Shown here: one piece after another, positions 27,799 through 38,537 of the stretch
Position numbering within the stretch: the first letter of the stretch is position 1
Layout of the letters: each line of letters starts with the position of its first letter
Assembly: GCA_017442305.1 (NCBI GenBank)
Contig: JAFRZY010000006.1
Coordinates: forward strand, 41,538 to 105,537
DNA length: 64,000 nucleotides
DNA from: Bacilli bacterium
GTDB lineage: Bacteria; Bacillota_I; Bacilli_A; RF39; UBA660
Direction: 5' to 3'
Program-made: the position numbers and the translations under genes
The notes under the pieces: model-generated
The model's database searches: none
What the model was told of the DNA's origin: nothing
Seen by the model: the letters and a program-made list of their open reading frames with translations, nothing else

Positions 27799-28131
27799 CT
27801 AGACTTCAATTAATTCTAGCGCTGTTAGTTCATTAGCAGTTTTTTTAATTTTTATTCTTTTCATATTTTTTTCTAACTCTTTTGACACTTCACATAAACA
27901 GATTTTCCCTTTATTAGTACGAATAGCACATTTAGTATTTAAAATTGCATCAAGTCCTGATTCATCAATGCCCTCAAGTAAATACATGTTATATACTAAA
28001 TATTTTATTTTATGTTTTAAAATAACAGGTACTAAGTAATTATTTAATTTATAACTACTACGGCGATTTAATATTCCATCCAATCTTACAAATAAGATAC
28101 CTTTACTATATTCCAAATCCATTTTTAACAT
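27799..28131 (-). CDS. anti-sigma factor antagonist, STAS domain (SpoIIAA-like)
   Basis: STAS pattern with conserved phosphorylatable Ser in DESGLD (cf. SpoIIAA DSSGLG). 9-nt gap to the sigma gene. Confidence 0.75.
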   Translation of the reverse strand: MLKMDLEYSKGILFVRLDGILNRRSSYKLNNYLVPVILKHKIKYLVYNMYLLEGIDESGLDAILNTKCAIRTNKGKICLCEVSKELEKNMKRIKIKKTANELTALELIEV

Positions 28132-28225
28132 ATTATCACCTTGCTAATTTAATATAGTAAAATTTCTTTACATTTTAAACAAATTCGACAAAACATGCTA
28201 AAAAAATACCAGTATAAACTGGCAT

Positions 28226-29638
28226 TTAATTTAATATACTATGTAATTTTTCTTGAGCGCTGGATACTGATTCTGGATCAGGAACCATTACATATAATTT
28301 ACTTGCAGAATGGGTATAGGTGTAATCATAACTATCTGTACCATTTAAATTTATAGTTTCAAAACTCCACGATTCATTATTTTCAAGCTGTTTTTTTATA
28401 ATTGATGTAATATCTTTATCTTCCATATTAGTAACAAAGCTGCCCTCTAAAGAATTTAATAGTCCACTGTATTTTGTTATTATAGTTGGAGATAACGCTT
28501 TATTAATAATAGCTTCTAACACTAATTGTTGGTTTTCTCCTCTTACTCTATCACCATCTTTAAAAGCTTTTCGCTCACGAACAAACGATAAGGCTTCTTT
28601 ACCATTTAAGTAGTTTTCTCCTTTTTGATAGTGATATCCGTCTCGTGATGTAAAACTATAGTTAGAATTTACTTTAATACCACCTAGTTCATTTACAACT
28701 TTTATTAAAGAAGTAAAGTTTACTTTTAAATAGTAATTAATATCTATATCTAATAAATCTTCGATAGTTTGAACTGACTTTTCAATACCATAAACTCCAG
28801 CATGAGTAAGTTTGTCTTTGTACCCTTTAGTACCATGCAATTGAACATAGTAATCTCTCGGAATCGAAGTTAATACTATTTCATTTGTATTAGGATTAAC
28901 AGTTACAACAATATTAACATCACTTCTTGATACACTGGTAATTTTACCATAAGAATCAATACCAGAAATATAAATGTTAAACGCATCTTTGGTTACATCA
29001 ACTTTTTTATCAATACTTTCTACTTCGATATCAATAGAAAATTTATAAATTTCTTTTACTTTAGAATTTAGTTCTTCATTTTCTTCAGAAATAATTAAGT
29101 ACTTAGATTCTTCAATTACCATGGCATCAATCTCTTTGTTTAGCAAAGCATCAACAATTTTTTCAATACTACTGTATTCTTTTTTCTTAAACGAAACGCT
29201 TTTTGATAAAGTTTTTGTCGCCATATCTATATTTTCATCAACTAAGATTCCTATTTTTTTGTCTTCTAAATCTTTTATTTCAATTGATTTACTAGATTTT
29301 AATACTAATACATTATAATTTAAAGTTTTATAATTAAATTTACCAAAATCTCCAAAAAAATCTAAAGTGGTAAATTCAAAAAAAGCTCCTATTAACATAA
29401 CTATGGAAATTACTAGTGACATTACTATCCCTATTAATCTAGTAATTTTTTTCTTACTGTGTATAAATTTGATTGTTAATAAATCAATTATAACTAATAC
29501 GCCTAATATTATTAAAAAATATTTTAATGGTACAACATTCAAAAGAATTGTTAAACCTATAAATAAAATGTTTATAACCAAAAGTATAATTGTAAATATT
29601 TTTGATACAAGTTTTCTCTTTTTACTTTTTCTTGCCAT
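28226..29638 (-). CDS. LytR-CpsA-Psr (LCP) family cell-envelope phosphotransferase
   Basis: N-terminal TMs plus LCP core LTSIPRDYYVQLHGTKGYKDKLTHAGVYG...YYLKVNF. Confidence 0.85.
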   Translation of the reverse strand: MARKSKKRKLVSKIFTIILLVINILFIGLTILLNVVPLKYFLIILGVLVIIDLLTIKFIHSKKKITRLIGIVMSLVISIVMLIGAFFEFTTLDFFGDFGKFNYKTLNYNVLVLKSSKSIEIKDLEDKKIGILVDENIDMATKTLSKSVSFKKKEYSSIEKIVDALLNKEIDAMVIEESKYLIISEENEELNSKVKEIYKFSIDIEVESIDKKVDVTKDAFNIYISGIDSYGKITSVSRSDVNIVVTVNPNTNEIVLTSIPRDYYVQLHGTKGYKDKLTHAGVYGIEKSVQTIEDLLDIDINYYLKVNFTSLIKVVNELGGIKVNSNYSFTSRDGYHYQKGENYLNGKEALSFVRERKAFKDGDRVRGENQQLVLEAIINKALSPTIITKYSGLLNSLEGSFVTNMEDKDITSIIKKQLENNESWSFETINLNGTDSYDYTYTHSASKLYVMVPDPESVSSAQEKLHSILN

Positions 29639-29725
29639 AATAGCACCTTCTTTGTATAAATATTATAACACTTTTACTACCCAAAGAAAAAATACATTAA
29701 CATTTTATTGTCAATGTATTGTAAG

Positions 29726-30886
29726 TTAATTAGTAATCAAACTTTTTCCGCTAGTTATTTCATTTAAATTTCTTTTAAATAAATCCCATAAATTAGCTTT
29801 TTTAATATCTTCCTTTATAGTTATTTTACTTTCTATAACTATATGTCCTTCGTTATCTATTATTTCGACAGTTCCGATAATATCACCGTTTTTGACTGGA
29901 GCTTTTATTTTTTTATTAAGCAACGTGTTAAATGTATAATTAGATTCTTTATCAGTAACTTTTAGTAGTTCAGTTGCATCATTTAATAAAACTACTGTTC
30001 CATATTCTTGCTTACCATTTAGAATTCTAACTTTACCTAACTCTTGTTTTTTATTTAATATCACTTTTAATTTATAAGTATTAAATCCATAGTCAAGTAA
30101 ATTTACTGTATCACTACTTCGTTTGTCAGCTGTTTCTACTCCCATAACTACAGAAATAAGTCTTAAGTCTTTTTTTTGAGCAGTAGCAGTTAAGCAATAT
30201 CCAGCTCCAGAAGTAAATCCAGTCTTTAGTCCATCTACGCCATCATAAAATCTTACTAAACGATTAGTATTAACTAGCCAAGTAGTTGATCCATCAGGTT
30301 TAGGCATGTAGTATTCATATATACTTGTAAACTCTAAAATCTTAGAATATTTTAAAAGTTCTTGAGCAATAATTGCCATATCATGAGCTGTTGTATAATG
30401 ATTTTCTTCATCTAACCCATGAGGATTTACAAAATTAGTATTTAAAAGACCTAATTCTTTGGCTCTATTGTTCATCATTTTAACAAAAGCCTCTGTAGAT
30501 CCCGCAACTTTTTCAGCCATTGCAACAACAGCATCATTTCCGGACGCTATAGCAATTCCTTTTAACAATTCCTCTACTGTGTATATTTCGCCTGCCTCTA
30601 AAAACACTTGACTTCCACCCATACTAGACGCATTTTCAGATATAGTGACTTCTTCTTGCATATTAATCTTTTCATCATCAACAGCTTCCATTATTAAAAG
30701 CATACTCATTACTTTAGTCATAGATGCTGGAGCTAGTTTTTCGTTAGAGTTTTTTTCAAACAAAATTTTTCCGGTTGTTTGTTCTATTAATATAGCACTT
30801 TTTGAGTTAGGAGCTAAATCTTCTTGAGCGTTAATTTGACTCATAAAAACAAACAAAGAAAAAATTAAGAATACAATTTTTTTCAT
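29726..30886 (-). CDS. D-alanyl-D-alanine carboxypeptidase (PBP5/DacF-type, S11)
   Basis: Signal peptide; SxxK (ASMTK), SxN (ASGND), KTG (LKTGFT) motifs; C-terminal domain. Sits upstream of spoIIAA-like, as dacF does in Bacillus. Confidence 0.85.
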   Translation of the reverse strand: MKKIVFLIFSLFVFMSQINAQEDLAPNSKSAILIEQTTGKILFEKNSNEKLAPASMTKVMSMLLIMEAVDDEKINMQEEVTISENASSMGGSQVFLEAGEIYTVEELLKGIAIASGNDAVVAMAEKVAGSTEAFVKMMNNRAKELGLLNTNFVNPHGLDEENHYTTAHDMAIIAQELLKYSKILEFTSIYEYYMPKPDGSTTWLVNTNRLVRFYDGVDGLKTGFTSGAGYCLTATAQKKDLRLISVVMGVETADKRSSDTVNLLDYGFNTYKLKVILNKKQELGKVRILNGKQEYGTVVLLNDATELLKVTDKESNYTFNTLLNKKIKAPVKNGDIIGTVEIIDNEGHIVIESKITIKEDIKKANLWDLFKRNLNEITSGKSLITN

Positions 30887-30934
30887 AGAACACCTCTACT
30901 TAAAAATATGCATTTTAATTTTCTTTATTCGTAT

Positions 30935-32836
30935 TTATCTCCGAGAAATGTTTTCTTCATCTAGAAGCTCTCTAGTTTCTTGAATTTCTCCTTCTATACT
31001 TCTAATTTCTGCTTTACTAGAATGGCTTAACAGTAATTTGCCTAACCGCTTTTTTTCTTCATTAGCTAATTTAACGGCTTCTAATTCACGTTTCAACCAT
31101 AATAATCTGTTTCTCAATTCTTCTTTATCTAATTTTTTTAATTCTTCTAGTTCTTCTAATCTATTTAGCTTATTTGTTGATTTTGCAAGTCCTACAGCAG
31201 ATAAAATACCAAATAATACTGCTGCAGAAACCATTATTAATTGATTATTAAATTTTATAACATACTCTTTTTTTGCATCATAAATTAATTGATCGACCCT
31301 TTTTTCTACATCAAACTCTTCTTTTATTTCTGCTTCAACTGGTGTTATTAATGTGTCATATACATCAGAATGAATTTGAGGCAATATTAAATGAGCATCA
31401 TTTTCAATAATTATATCCATATCAACCACATCACTAGTCAATTGGTCCAAGTAAGTAGCATCAACATAAAAATATTCATTATCAACTTTTACTAAATTAT
31501 AAGCATGATACTCGCTGCCGACAGTATAAGCTTCTACACCAAAGCGATTTAATAAAATTTCCATCAATGCTGCATAATTACCACAAATAACTTTACCATT
31601 TTCATCTAAAATTCCATATAAATAACCATCTTGATAACTTTTTTTAGTTTCTTCAACCAAAGCTTCTGGTTGTTGGCCAAAAATATTTGCTTCCACTCCT
31701 TCTTCTTCTTGAATTTTAGCTGAATCTTCATTATATGATAAATTTTTTAATACATACTCCAATATGATATTTAATTTTTCTTTATTACTGGCTTTTTCAT
31801 CAATATGAATTTCTTTAACTATATTATCTACCATATCATATATCCTATTTACTTCATCTATATATTCATCTAGTTTATAACCAACAGTATCTACTCGAAT
31901 TTCCATGTTTGATTTAAAAAGTTTATTAAAATCTTCTCTACTAAAAATTAAAGGAATGTCATATTTACCATTTCCAGAGTCAGGAAAAATTTCTAAAGTA
32001 TAAAAATTCATTAATTTATTTATATCAACATTTTGACTTCTTACACCAAAATTAAGTAAAGATAAATGTGCTATTCCATTTTTCGTTTCAATCCATTTTT
32101 GAAGAAATTCACTGTTTAACGAAAATATTGTAGAATCCAACTTAAGAACATTTAAATTAGGGCAATTATTTAAAAATCCAAAATAATCTTCATCTACGGA
32201 AAGGGCTTGGCCAGTATATCTTCTTTGATTAGCTTTTACTTCTAATCGATTCAAATTAGGTAAAGATTTAATTTGTTTCAAACACTCTTCTGCTCCAGGA
32301 TTTTGAAATTCTATACTTAATTTGTATAAATTTTCACAATAATTTAACCATGAAATATCAGAATCATCATAAATATCAATTTCATTAATCCAGTCTAATT
32401 CTTGAATTTGTTTTAAATCACCAACTGTTATAACGCATTCCGGATCTTCTTCTTTATTTAATGATCTTAAAATACTGCTTTTAAACGACGAATTAATATT
32501 AACAACATCACTATCTTGTTTGTTAGCAGCATATATTAAGTTTTTTGGCTTTTCTTCTTTTTTTTCTTCGGTTAAGTTTTTTTCATAATTATTTATTATT
32601 AGGTCTTTAAATAAAGTTTCTTCATTTGTAATTAAATCTATTGAATTTGTCGTAGTTGTATAAGTTCTTCCCATATCATCTACAACTTTAATTTGATGTT
32701 CCTTTATAATATTAGAATATATAAAAAGTGTTACAGTGCTTACAACTCCAGCTAAGGATACTGATAATACAGTTTTACCGGCTTTTACTAATTTTTGTAA
32801 TGTTGCCTTTTTGTGTTCAGGATTACATGTTATCAT
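30935..32836 (-). CDS. large membrane protein with transglutaminase-like Cys-His-Asp core
   Basis: N-terminal TM. Core VICGNYAALMEILLNRFGVEAYTVGSEYHAYNLVKVDNEYFYVDATY (C/H/D). C-terminal TM plus coiled coil. Confidence 0.5.
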   Translation of the reverse strand: MITCNPEHKKATLQKLVKAGKTVLSVSLAGVVSTVTLFIYSNIIKEHQIKVVDDMGRTYTTTTNSIDLITNEETLFKDLIINNYEKNLTEEKKEEKPKNLIYAANKQDSDVVNINSSFKSSILRSLNKEEDPECVITVGDLKQIQELDWINEIDIYDDSDISWLNYCENLYKLSIEFQNPGAEECLKQIKSLPNLNRLEVKANQRRYTGQALSVDEDYFGFLNNCPNLNVLKLDSTIFSLNSEFLQKWIETKNGIAHLSLLNFGVRSQNVDINKLMNFYTLEIFPDSGNGKYDIPLIFSREDFNKLFKSNMEIRVDTVGYKLDEYIDEVNRIYDMVDNIVKEIHIDEKASNKEKLNIILEYVLKNLSYNEDSAKIQEEEGVEANIFGQQPEALVEETKKSYQDGYLYGILDENGKVICGNYAALMEILLNRFGVEAYTVGSEYHAYNLVKVDNEYFYVDATYLDQLTSDVVDMDIIIENDAHLILPQIHSDVYDTLITPVEAEIKEEFDVEKRVDQLIYDAKKEYVIKFNNQLIMVSAAVLFGILSAVGLAKSTNKLNRLEELEELKKLDKEELRNRLLWLKRELEAVKLANEEKKRLGKLLLSHSSKAEIRSIEGEIQETRELLDEENISRR

Positions 32837-33110
32837 TATTTAACTCCTCATAAATTCTATTTACCATTTCTAATTCTTCAGCACTTAAATTAGCATCAAA
32901 ATCTTCGCTAATACTTTTTTTGAATTTTGCGGCATACATCTTATTATTGTTTAAATCTTTATAAACTATATAATTATATCCATTACTAGTAAATGATAAA
33001 ATCAATTCCATTAATGTTTTATTTCCATCTGCATCATATATGTTAATTAAACTTTTTTCCATTTTGTAACACCTCAATTTTATTATAGCATTTTTTAAAA
33101 TCTGTACCAT
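32823..33110 (-). CDS. small hypothetical protein (DUF1292-like)
   Basis: 95 aa, acidic, pattern similar to the YrzB/DUF1292 family. Weak. Confidence 0.3.
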   Translation of the reverse strand: MVQILKNAIIKLRCYKMEKSLINIYDADGNKTLMELILSFTSNGYNYIVYKDLNNNKMYAAKFKKSISEDFDANLSAEELEMVNRIYEELNNDNM

Positions 33111-33246
33111 AGCACTTGTAAACGCAATGTCTACAAAACGTTAACAAAGTCTATTTTAAATAGCATTGTTTTATCTTAAATATTCACAATTTTTGTATAT
33201 AAATTAATTAATAATGATATAATGTTCTTGAACAAGGAGTGATGTT

Positions 33247-34332
33247 ATGAAAATAAAAATTAATTTTTTAAAAATTTTACTTATAGCTATTTTACTCTGC
33301 GGATTTGCTTTTATTGCCAAAAAACTATTTATAACTGAAAGTTCATATAACAATGATGCTATAGCAATAATGAAAGAACTCAATATATATGACAAAGTAG
33401 ATCAAAACAAATACTCAAAAACTTTAGAAGAAATGCTTATTAATAATAGTTTTAATTCAAAATATGTGGATGTTTATACTGAAATTAATTTTGTAAATAA
33501 ATCTAATTTTCTAAATGTTGTCAACACTTTGCTAGAAAAAGAATATAGTGCCAGTGAAATTAATATGATACTTGCCAATTTAAGTGATAATAACATTGAT
33601 AATTTACTAGAATTAGAATATCTAAGTTTAGAAGATTTTTATTTAATAAAAAATTTAAATGTCCTAAAAATTAATGAATACAATCAATACAAAAAAGAAA
33701 ATAGTGTAACAACAGAAGAAGCGGTAACCCAAGTAAATATAGGACTTAATAATAAATACTATACAAATATTATAGAAGTAGAAAATCCTGATGATTTACT
33801 AGTATTGGTAAATAAATATCGAGCATTGCCTGCAGATTATATTCCAGAAGATTTAGTAAGTTTATCAAATGGTAGTCAATTCCAATTAAGACGCGTTGCT
33901 GCCGAAGCTTATGAAAAATTAATTGATTATGCTAGCGACAACGGTATTGAAGTTTTACCTTTTAGTGGATATCGATCATATAACACTCAGAAAGTTATTT
34001 ATAATAACCATGTTAATAACAATGGGCGTGATAGAGCTGATACGTACTCTGCTCGTCCAGGACACTCTGAACATCAATTAGGACTTGCAGTTGATATTCG
34101 TTCTAAAGATTACGAACTCAAAAGACTTACACCAGATGATGCTAAATGGATTAACGAAAATTGTAGTCAATTTGGATTTATTGTTCGCTACACAAAAGAA
34201 GATGAATTTATTACCGGGTATATGGAAGAAACTTGGCATTTAAGATATGTTGGCATTGAAGTAGCAAAAAAAGTAATGGATTTAGGAATCACTTACGACG
34301 AATACTATGATTTATATATTGAAAAACACTAA
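33247..34332 (+). CDS. D-alanyl-D-alanine carboxypeptidase, VanY/M15B family, membrane-anchored
   Basis: N-terminal TM. M15 motifs SGYRSYNTQ and PGHSEHQLGLAVDI. Confidence 0.8.
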   Translation: MKIKINFLKILLIAILLCGFAFIAKKLFITESSYNNDAIAIMKELNIYDKVDQNKYSKTLEEMLINNSFNSKYVDVYTEINFVNKSNFLNVVNTLLEKEYSASEINMILANLSDNNIDNLLELEYLSLEDFYLIKNLNVLKINEYNQYKKENSVTTEEAVTQVNIGLNNKYYTNIIEVENPDDLLVLVNKYRALPADYIPEDLVSLSNGSQFQLRRVAAEAYEKLIDYASDNGIEVLPFSGYRSYNTQKVIYNNHVNNNGRDRADTYSARPGHSEHQLGLAVDIRSKDYELKRLTPDDAKWINENCSQFGFIVRYTKEDEFITGYMEETWHLRYVGIEVAKKVMDLGITYDEYYDLYIEKH

Positions 34333-34360
34333 AAAAGGATTATTTACTAATCCTTTTTCT
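34331..34360. repeat. 30-bp direct repeat copy 1 (hairpin terminator AAAAAAGGATTATTTACTAATCCTTTTTCT)
   Basis: Identical 30-mer recurs at 35849-35878. Contains the AGGATTA/TAATCCT hairpin flanked by A- and T-tracts. Overlaps the stop of ORF 34347-34793. Confidence 0.8.
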
Positions 34361-34793
34361 CTAACTTTCTAATTAATTTCAAGCCAGAACTCTCTTTTGC
34401 CAACATAATTTCTATTTTTTTAAAACACTCATTTCTCGAATCGAACTTCAAACCCACCAATTCTTTTTCGCTTACCAAAAACATTTTTGAGATTAAACAA
34501 TCATGATAATGTTCTAATATATTTCCGTCCGCATCAATATGATCATGTGAATGGCCTTTTTCTGAATCAGATGAAACATAAACATCTAAAGTACCATCTG
34601 CTCTTTCTCTTACTGTATAATCAGTTTGCCCATATGTTCCTGAATTTCCATACGTTCTATTTCCATCATATCCTGGTTCAGATAATTCATCTCCATCTTC
34701 TTTTTCCCTAGCAGTTTCTATATTAGCGTCCCAAAACCATCCCATATTACTTATTCCTTTCTGATAACCATATATTTCTTGTATAAGAACCAT
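34347..34793 (-). CDS. hypothetical protein; C-terminus (EKKD-stop) encoded by the repeated terminator sequence
   Basis: ORF; probable real start at the internal Met MGWFWD (~34743). Last four codons and stop lie inside the 30-bp repeat, as pnp's do. Confidence 0.35.
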   Translation of the reverse strand: MVLIQEIYGYQKGISNMGWFWDANIETAREKEDGDELSEPGYDGNRTYGNSGTYGQTDYTVRERADGTLDVYVSSDSEKGHSHDHIDADGNILEHYHDCLISKMFLVSEKELVGLKFDSRNECFKKIEIMLAKESSGLKLIRKLEKKD

Positions 34794-35070
34794 ATAATTT
34801 ATTATTTTCTATTTTATAACCATAATCGGGTCCAAAATTAGGAATGTTAGGTTTCATATCTACAAAAAACATTTCTATATCGGTATATTTTAAATTATCG
34901 TTAACTGCATTTGCTAAAATTTCGTACTCATATTCTGTTATATTTGATAAATCAAAAATAAAATCTTTCTCATATTCATACTTAATTATTGGCACAATTA
35001 TTGTTTCAACTTTTTGTGTTTTTGAATTTTCTATTTCTATTTGTGCATTCATAAAATCACCCTTTCGCAA
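34747..35070 (-). CDS. hypothetical protein (107 aa)
   Basis: ORF only. Confidence 0.3.
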   Translation of the reverse strand: MRKGDFMNAQIEIENSKTQKVETIIVPIIKYEYEKDFIFDLSNITEYEYEILANAVNDNLKYTDIEMFFVDMKPNIPNFGPDYGYKIENNKLYGSYTRNIWLSERNK

Positions 35071-35072
35071 AT

Positions 35073-35717
35073 TTAAATTTTATCTCTTATTCTACAATAT
35101 TCTTCTTGTGAAATTTCTAAACCTAGATCTAATCGTTTATTAAAATCAATGTGATGAAATAAATAATCTTTACTATACTTTGATATATAATTTATTCCCC
35201 AAAATTTTTCTAGTGGAAAAAAACAAATTGAATTAACAAAGCTATAATCCGCAACACATAACTCTCTATATTCTTTTTCAATTATATCAAATAATTTCAT
35301 ATCAGACAGTATTTCTGTAGCATTTAATATTATTCTACAAGATTGTAGCTCTGCTTGTCTTTCTATCGGATTAACAAAATACATATCTTTACTATATAAT
35401 TTGTTTTCTTTTAATTTTTTTTCTAATTGAGATGCGTCTACCAAAATCTTTGTTTCAAAGTTATTGTGACCAGTAATCATTTTTTCTTCTTGTTTTATAT
35501 GTTCTATTTCATGAAGTAAAACTCTTATTATATGTAAATTTAAATATAATAACTTGTGAAAATAGTCACTACCAAATAAACGTTTTGAACAATCGACTCC
35601 TATAGCAAATATTAATTTTAGATAATTAATATATATTGTTTTTGTATCTATAGAATAACGTGCAAGAAAATCACTTTTGTAATTAGATATAATTATATTA
35701 TTGACATATAAATTCAA
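35073..35717 (-). CDS. hypothetical protein with HExxH zinc-metallopeptidase motif (ImmA/SprT-like?)
   Basis: Motif LLHEIEHIKQ. No other family evidence. Confidence 0.35.
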   Translation of the reverse strand: MNLYVNNIIISNYKSDFLARYSIDTKTIYINYLKLIFAIGVDCSKRLFGSDYFHKLLYLNLHIIRVLLHEIEHIKQEEKMITGHNNFETKILVDASQLEKKLKENKLYSKDMYFVNPIERQAELQSCRIILNATEILSDMKLFDIIEKEYRELCVADYSFVNSICFFPLEKFWGINYISKYSKDYLFHHIDFNKRLDLGLEISQEEYCRIRDKI

Positions 35718-35848
35718 ATTATATTTAGAAACAAAAAATTCTAATATATATCTAATAATGTTTTCATCGATTATTTTTTCTTTTTTTGTAAATTCATAAA
35801 CTAACTTAACTATATTCTCTATAATACACCACCCATATTAATTAACGC

Positions 35849-35878
35849 AAAAAAGGATTATTTACTAATCCTTTTTCT
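35849..35878. repeat. 30-bp direct repeat copy 2 (pnp 3' end plus terminator hairpin)
   Basis: Identical to 34331-34360. pnp stop codon (35865-35867) lies inside the hairpin. Confidence 0.8.
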
Positions 35879-38045
35879 TTTTATCTTTCTTTTCTTTTTT
35901 GTCTTCTTTTTCTGATTTTGCAGGTTTTGGTAAAGCTTCTTTACGAGATAAGTTTAATCTTCCACGATTATCATATCCTAAAGCCTTAACAACTATTTCA
36001 TCTCCAATTTTAAATAAGTCACTAACTTTTTCTACTCTTTCATAAGCTAATTGAGATACATGTACTAACCCTTCGCAATTAGGCCATAATTCAACAAAGC
36101 AACCAAATTCTTCTACTTTAACAACCTTTCCAGTATAAATAGTTCCAGGTTCAACAACTTTTACTATATCTTCAATCATCTTACGAGTCTTAGCAATAAT
36201 ACTAGCATCAGTATGATAAATAATTACTCTACCATCATCTTCTAAATCAACTTTTACTGCATCCTTATCATTTACTGCTGTAACATTACTAGCTTCTAAA
36301 ATAATTTTAGTAATCATTTCTCCGCCACGGCCAATTACATCTTTAATTTTTTCAGGATCAATGTGGAATACATCAATCTTAGGTGCATATTGACTTAATT
36401 CTTTTCTTGGTTCTGGAATAGCAGTAGTCATAACATCAAGTATTTCTAAACGGGCTTTTTTAGCTTGCGCTAAGGCTTCTTTTAATATTGCTTTAGTTAC
36501 ACCTTTAATTTTAATATCCATTTGAAGCGCTGTAATACCGCTTGCTGTACCCGCAACTTTAAAGTCCATGTCTCCCATGTGATCTTCTAATCCTTGAATA
36601 TCAGTTAGAATTGTATATTTTTTACCATTTTGAATTAATCCCATAGCAATACCTGCTACTGGAGCTTTAATTGGAACTCCTGCCGCCATAAGCGATAAAC
36701 AACCAGCACAAATAGTTGCTTGTGAACTAGAACCATTACTTTCTAGAATTTCACTAACTACACGAATTGTATATGGGAATTCATCTTCACTAGGAATTAC
36801 TTGAGCTAAAGCTCTTTCACCTAATGCTCCATGACCAATCTCTCTTCTTCCTGGTGAACCATATCTTCCTGTTTCACCAACAGAGAATGCAGGGAAATTA
36901 TAATGTAACATAAAACGTTTTGTATCTTCTAAACCTAGACCATCTAACACTTGGTGTTCACCAATAGCCCCTAAAGTTGTAGTCGCTAAACTTTGAGTTT
37001 CTCCTCTTGTAAATACTGCTGAACCGTGAGTGCGAGGAAGTAAGTCAACAAATGCTGAAAGCGGTCTTATTTCATCCATCTTTCTTCCATCTGGTCTAAC
37101 TTTTTTATCAGTTATTAATCTTCTTACTTCATTAGCTTCAATTAAATCAACAACCTTTTTTACTTGTTTTAATTTTTCTTCAGCATCCTCATCTTCTGCA
37201 TAAACTTCCGCAAAGTTTTCTAATGTTTGTTCTTTAACTTCATCAATACGAGCATATTTTGCTAATTTATCTTTGATTTGAATTGCTTCAAGCATATCTT
37301 TTGTAGCATAAGCTTCAACAGCTTCCTTAATTTCTGGATTAATTTCAGCAAGTGGGAGCTCAACTTTTTCTGCTCCAATTTCAGCAATAATTTTTTCTTG
37401 GAATTCACATAACATCTTTATGTGGTCATGTCCAAACATTAATGCTTCAAGCATATCCTTTTCACTAATTTCCTCAGCTCCAGCTTCAACCATGCAGATG
37501 GCATCTTTTGTTCCCGCTACTGTTAAATTAAGAACACTTTGTTCTAACTCTTCAGCTGTTGGATTAATCACAAACTTTTTACCAATTTTACCAACTACTA
37601 CACCAGCAACCGGACCATCGAATGGAATATTACTAATTCCTAAACATAGAGATGAACCAAATAACGCAGTCATAACTGGAGAGTTATTTTGGTCAACTGA
37701 TAGTACTGTGTTAATAACTTGAATTTCATTACGTAGGTTTTCATCAAACATTGGTCTAATTGGACGGTCAATAATACGAGCAGCTAATGTAGCTTCATCA
37801 CTAGGACGCCCTTCTCTTTTTATGAACCCTCCTGGAATTTTACCTACAGAATATAACTTTTCTTGATATAAAACTTGTAATGGAAAGAAATCTTGTGTTA
37901 CTTGATTTTTACCCATTACACATACAGATAATATTACTGTATCGCCATATCTAACTAAAACGGATCCATTAGTTTGTTTAGCAAGCTCTCCCGTTTCTAC
38001 AACTAATTCTCTTCCTAAGAAGTCAAACTTAAATACTTTCTTCAT
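35865..38045 (-). CDS. pnp: polynucleotide phosphorylase
   Basis: 726 aa; two RNase PH domains, KH and S1 domains. N-terminus [31 protein letters not shown]. Lys-rich C-terminal tail. Confidence 0.95.
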   Translation of the reverse strand: MKKVFKFDFLGRELVVETGELAKQTNGSVLVRYGDTVILSVCVMGKNQVTQDFFPLQVLYQEKLYSVGKIPGGFIKREGRPSDEATLAARIIDRPIRPMFDENLRNEIQVINTVLSVDQNNSPVMTALFGSSLCLGISNIPFDGPVAGVVVGKIGKKFVINPTAEELEQSVLNLTVAGTKDAICMVEAGAEEISEKDMLEALMFGHDHIKMLCEFQEKIIAEIGAEKVELPLAEINPEIKEAVEAYATKDMLEAIQIKDKLAKYARIDEVKEQTLENFAEVYAEDEDAEEKLKQVKKVVDLIEANEVRRLITDKKVRPDGRKMDEIRPLSAFVDLLPRTHGSAVFTRGETQSLATTTLGAIGEHQVLDGLGLEDTKRFMLHYNFPAFSVGETGRYGSPGRREIGHGALGERALAQVIPSEDEFPYTIRVVSEILESNGSSSQATICAGCLSLMAAGVPIKAPVAGIAMGLIQNGKKYTILTDIQGLEDHMGDMDFKVAGTASGITALQMDIKIKGVTKAILKEALAQAKKARLEILDVMTTAIPEPRKELSQYAPKIDVFHIDPEKIKDVIGRGGEMITKIILEASNVTAVNDKDAVKVDLEDDGRVIIYHTDASIIAKTRKMIEDIVKVVEPGTIYTGKVVKVEEFGCFVELWPNCEGLVHVSQLAYERVEKVSDLFKIGDEIVVKALGYDNRGRLNLSRKEALPKPAKSEKEDKKEKKDKKKKD

Positions 38046-38094
38046 TTTCTACCTCCAATTTCTAAAATAAAAGACACTTAAAAACATTAAGTGC

Positions 38095-38364
38095 CTATTT
38101 TCTAATATTTAATTTTTCAATTAGTTCTCTGTAACTAACAACATCTTTATTTTTTAAGTAGTTTAATAATTTTCTTCTTCTACCAACTTTCATAAGTAAA
38201 CCTCTTTTTGAATGGAAGTCATGCTTATGTTCTTTTAGATGTTCTGTTAAATCATTAATTTCTTTTGTTAAAATTGCAATTTGAACTTCAGAACTTCCGC
38301 AGTCTTTTTCGTTTTTTGCAAATTCCTTAATGATTTTTGCTTTTTCTTCCTTTTGTAAAGCCAT
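38095..38364 (-). CDS. rpsO: 30S ribosomal protein S15
   Basis: 89 aa classical S15 ([48 protein letters not shown]). Confidence 0.95.
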   Translation of the reverse strand: MALQKEEKAKIIKEFAKNEKDCGSSEVQIAILTKEINDLTEHLKEHKHDFHSKRGLLMKVGRRRKLLNYLKNKDVVSYRELIEKLNIRK

Positions 38365-38500
38365 TTTTCTTTTCCTCCTTTATATAATAATCGGTTTAAT
38401 CCTAGTAAAGAATTGGAGTATTTCTAAACCACGAATAAACTTTCTATAACATTATATTATAAAATGTTTTAAAAATCAACCAAAAACTTGAGTTTACTTA

Positions 38501-38529
38501 TTGTGTAACATATAGCTATATAGTATAAT
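38501..38529 (+). promoter_or_regulatory. sigma-A-type promoter of the small-peptide transcript (TTGTGT-17-TATAAT)
   Basis: -35 38501-38506; -10 38524-38529; predicted TSS ~38536. Confidence 0.45.
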
Positions 38530-38537
38530 TTTTACTA

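Noticed and set aside
28132-28225. Sigma-H-type promoter upstream of the spoIIAA-like gene (as for spoIIA in Bacillus)
   Set aside because: Only a CGAATT element resembling the sigma-H -10 (GAAT) is present. There is no AGGA-type -35 at the right spacing. A terminator hairpin (CCAGT..ACTGG plus T-tract) after the LCP gene is more convincing than any promoter call.
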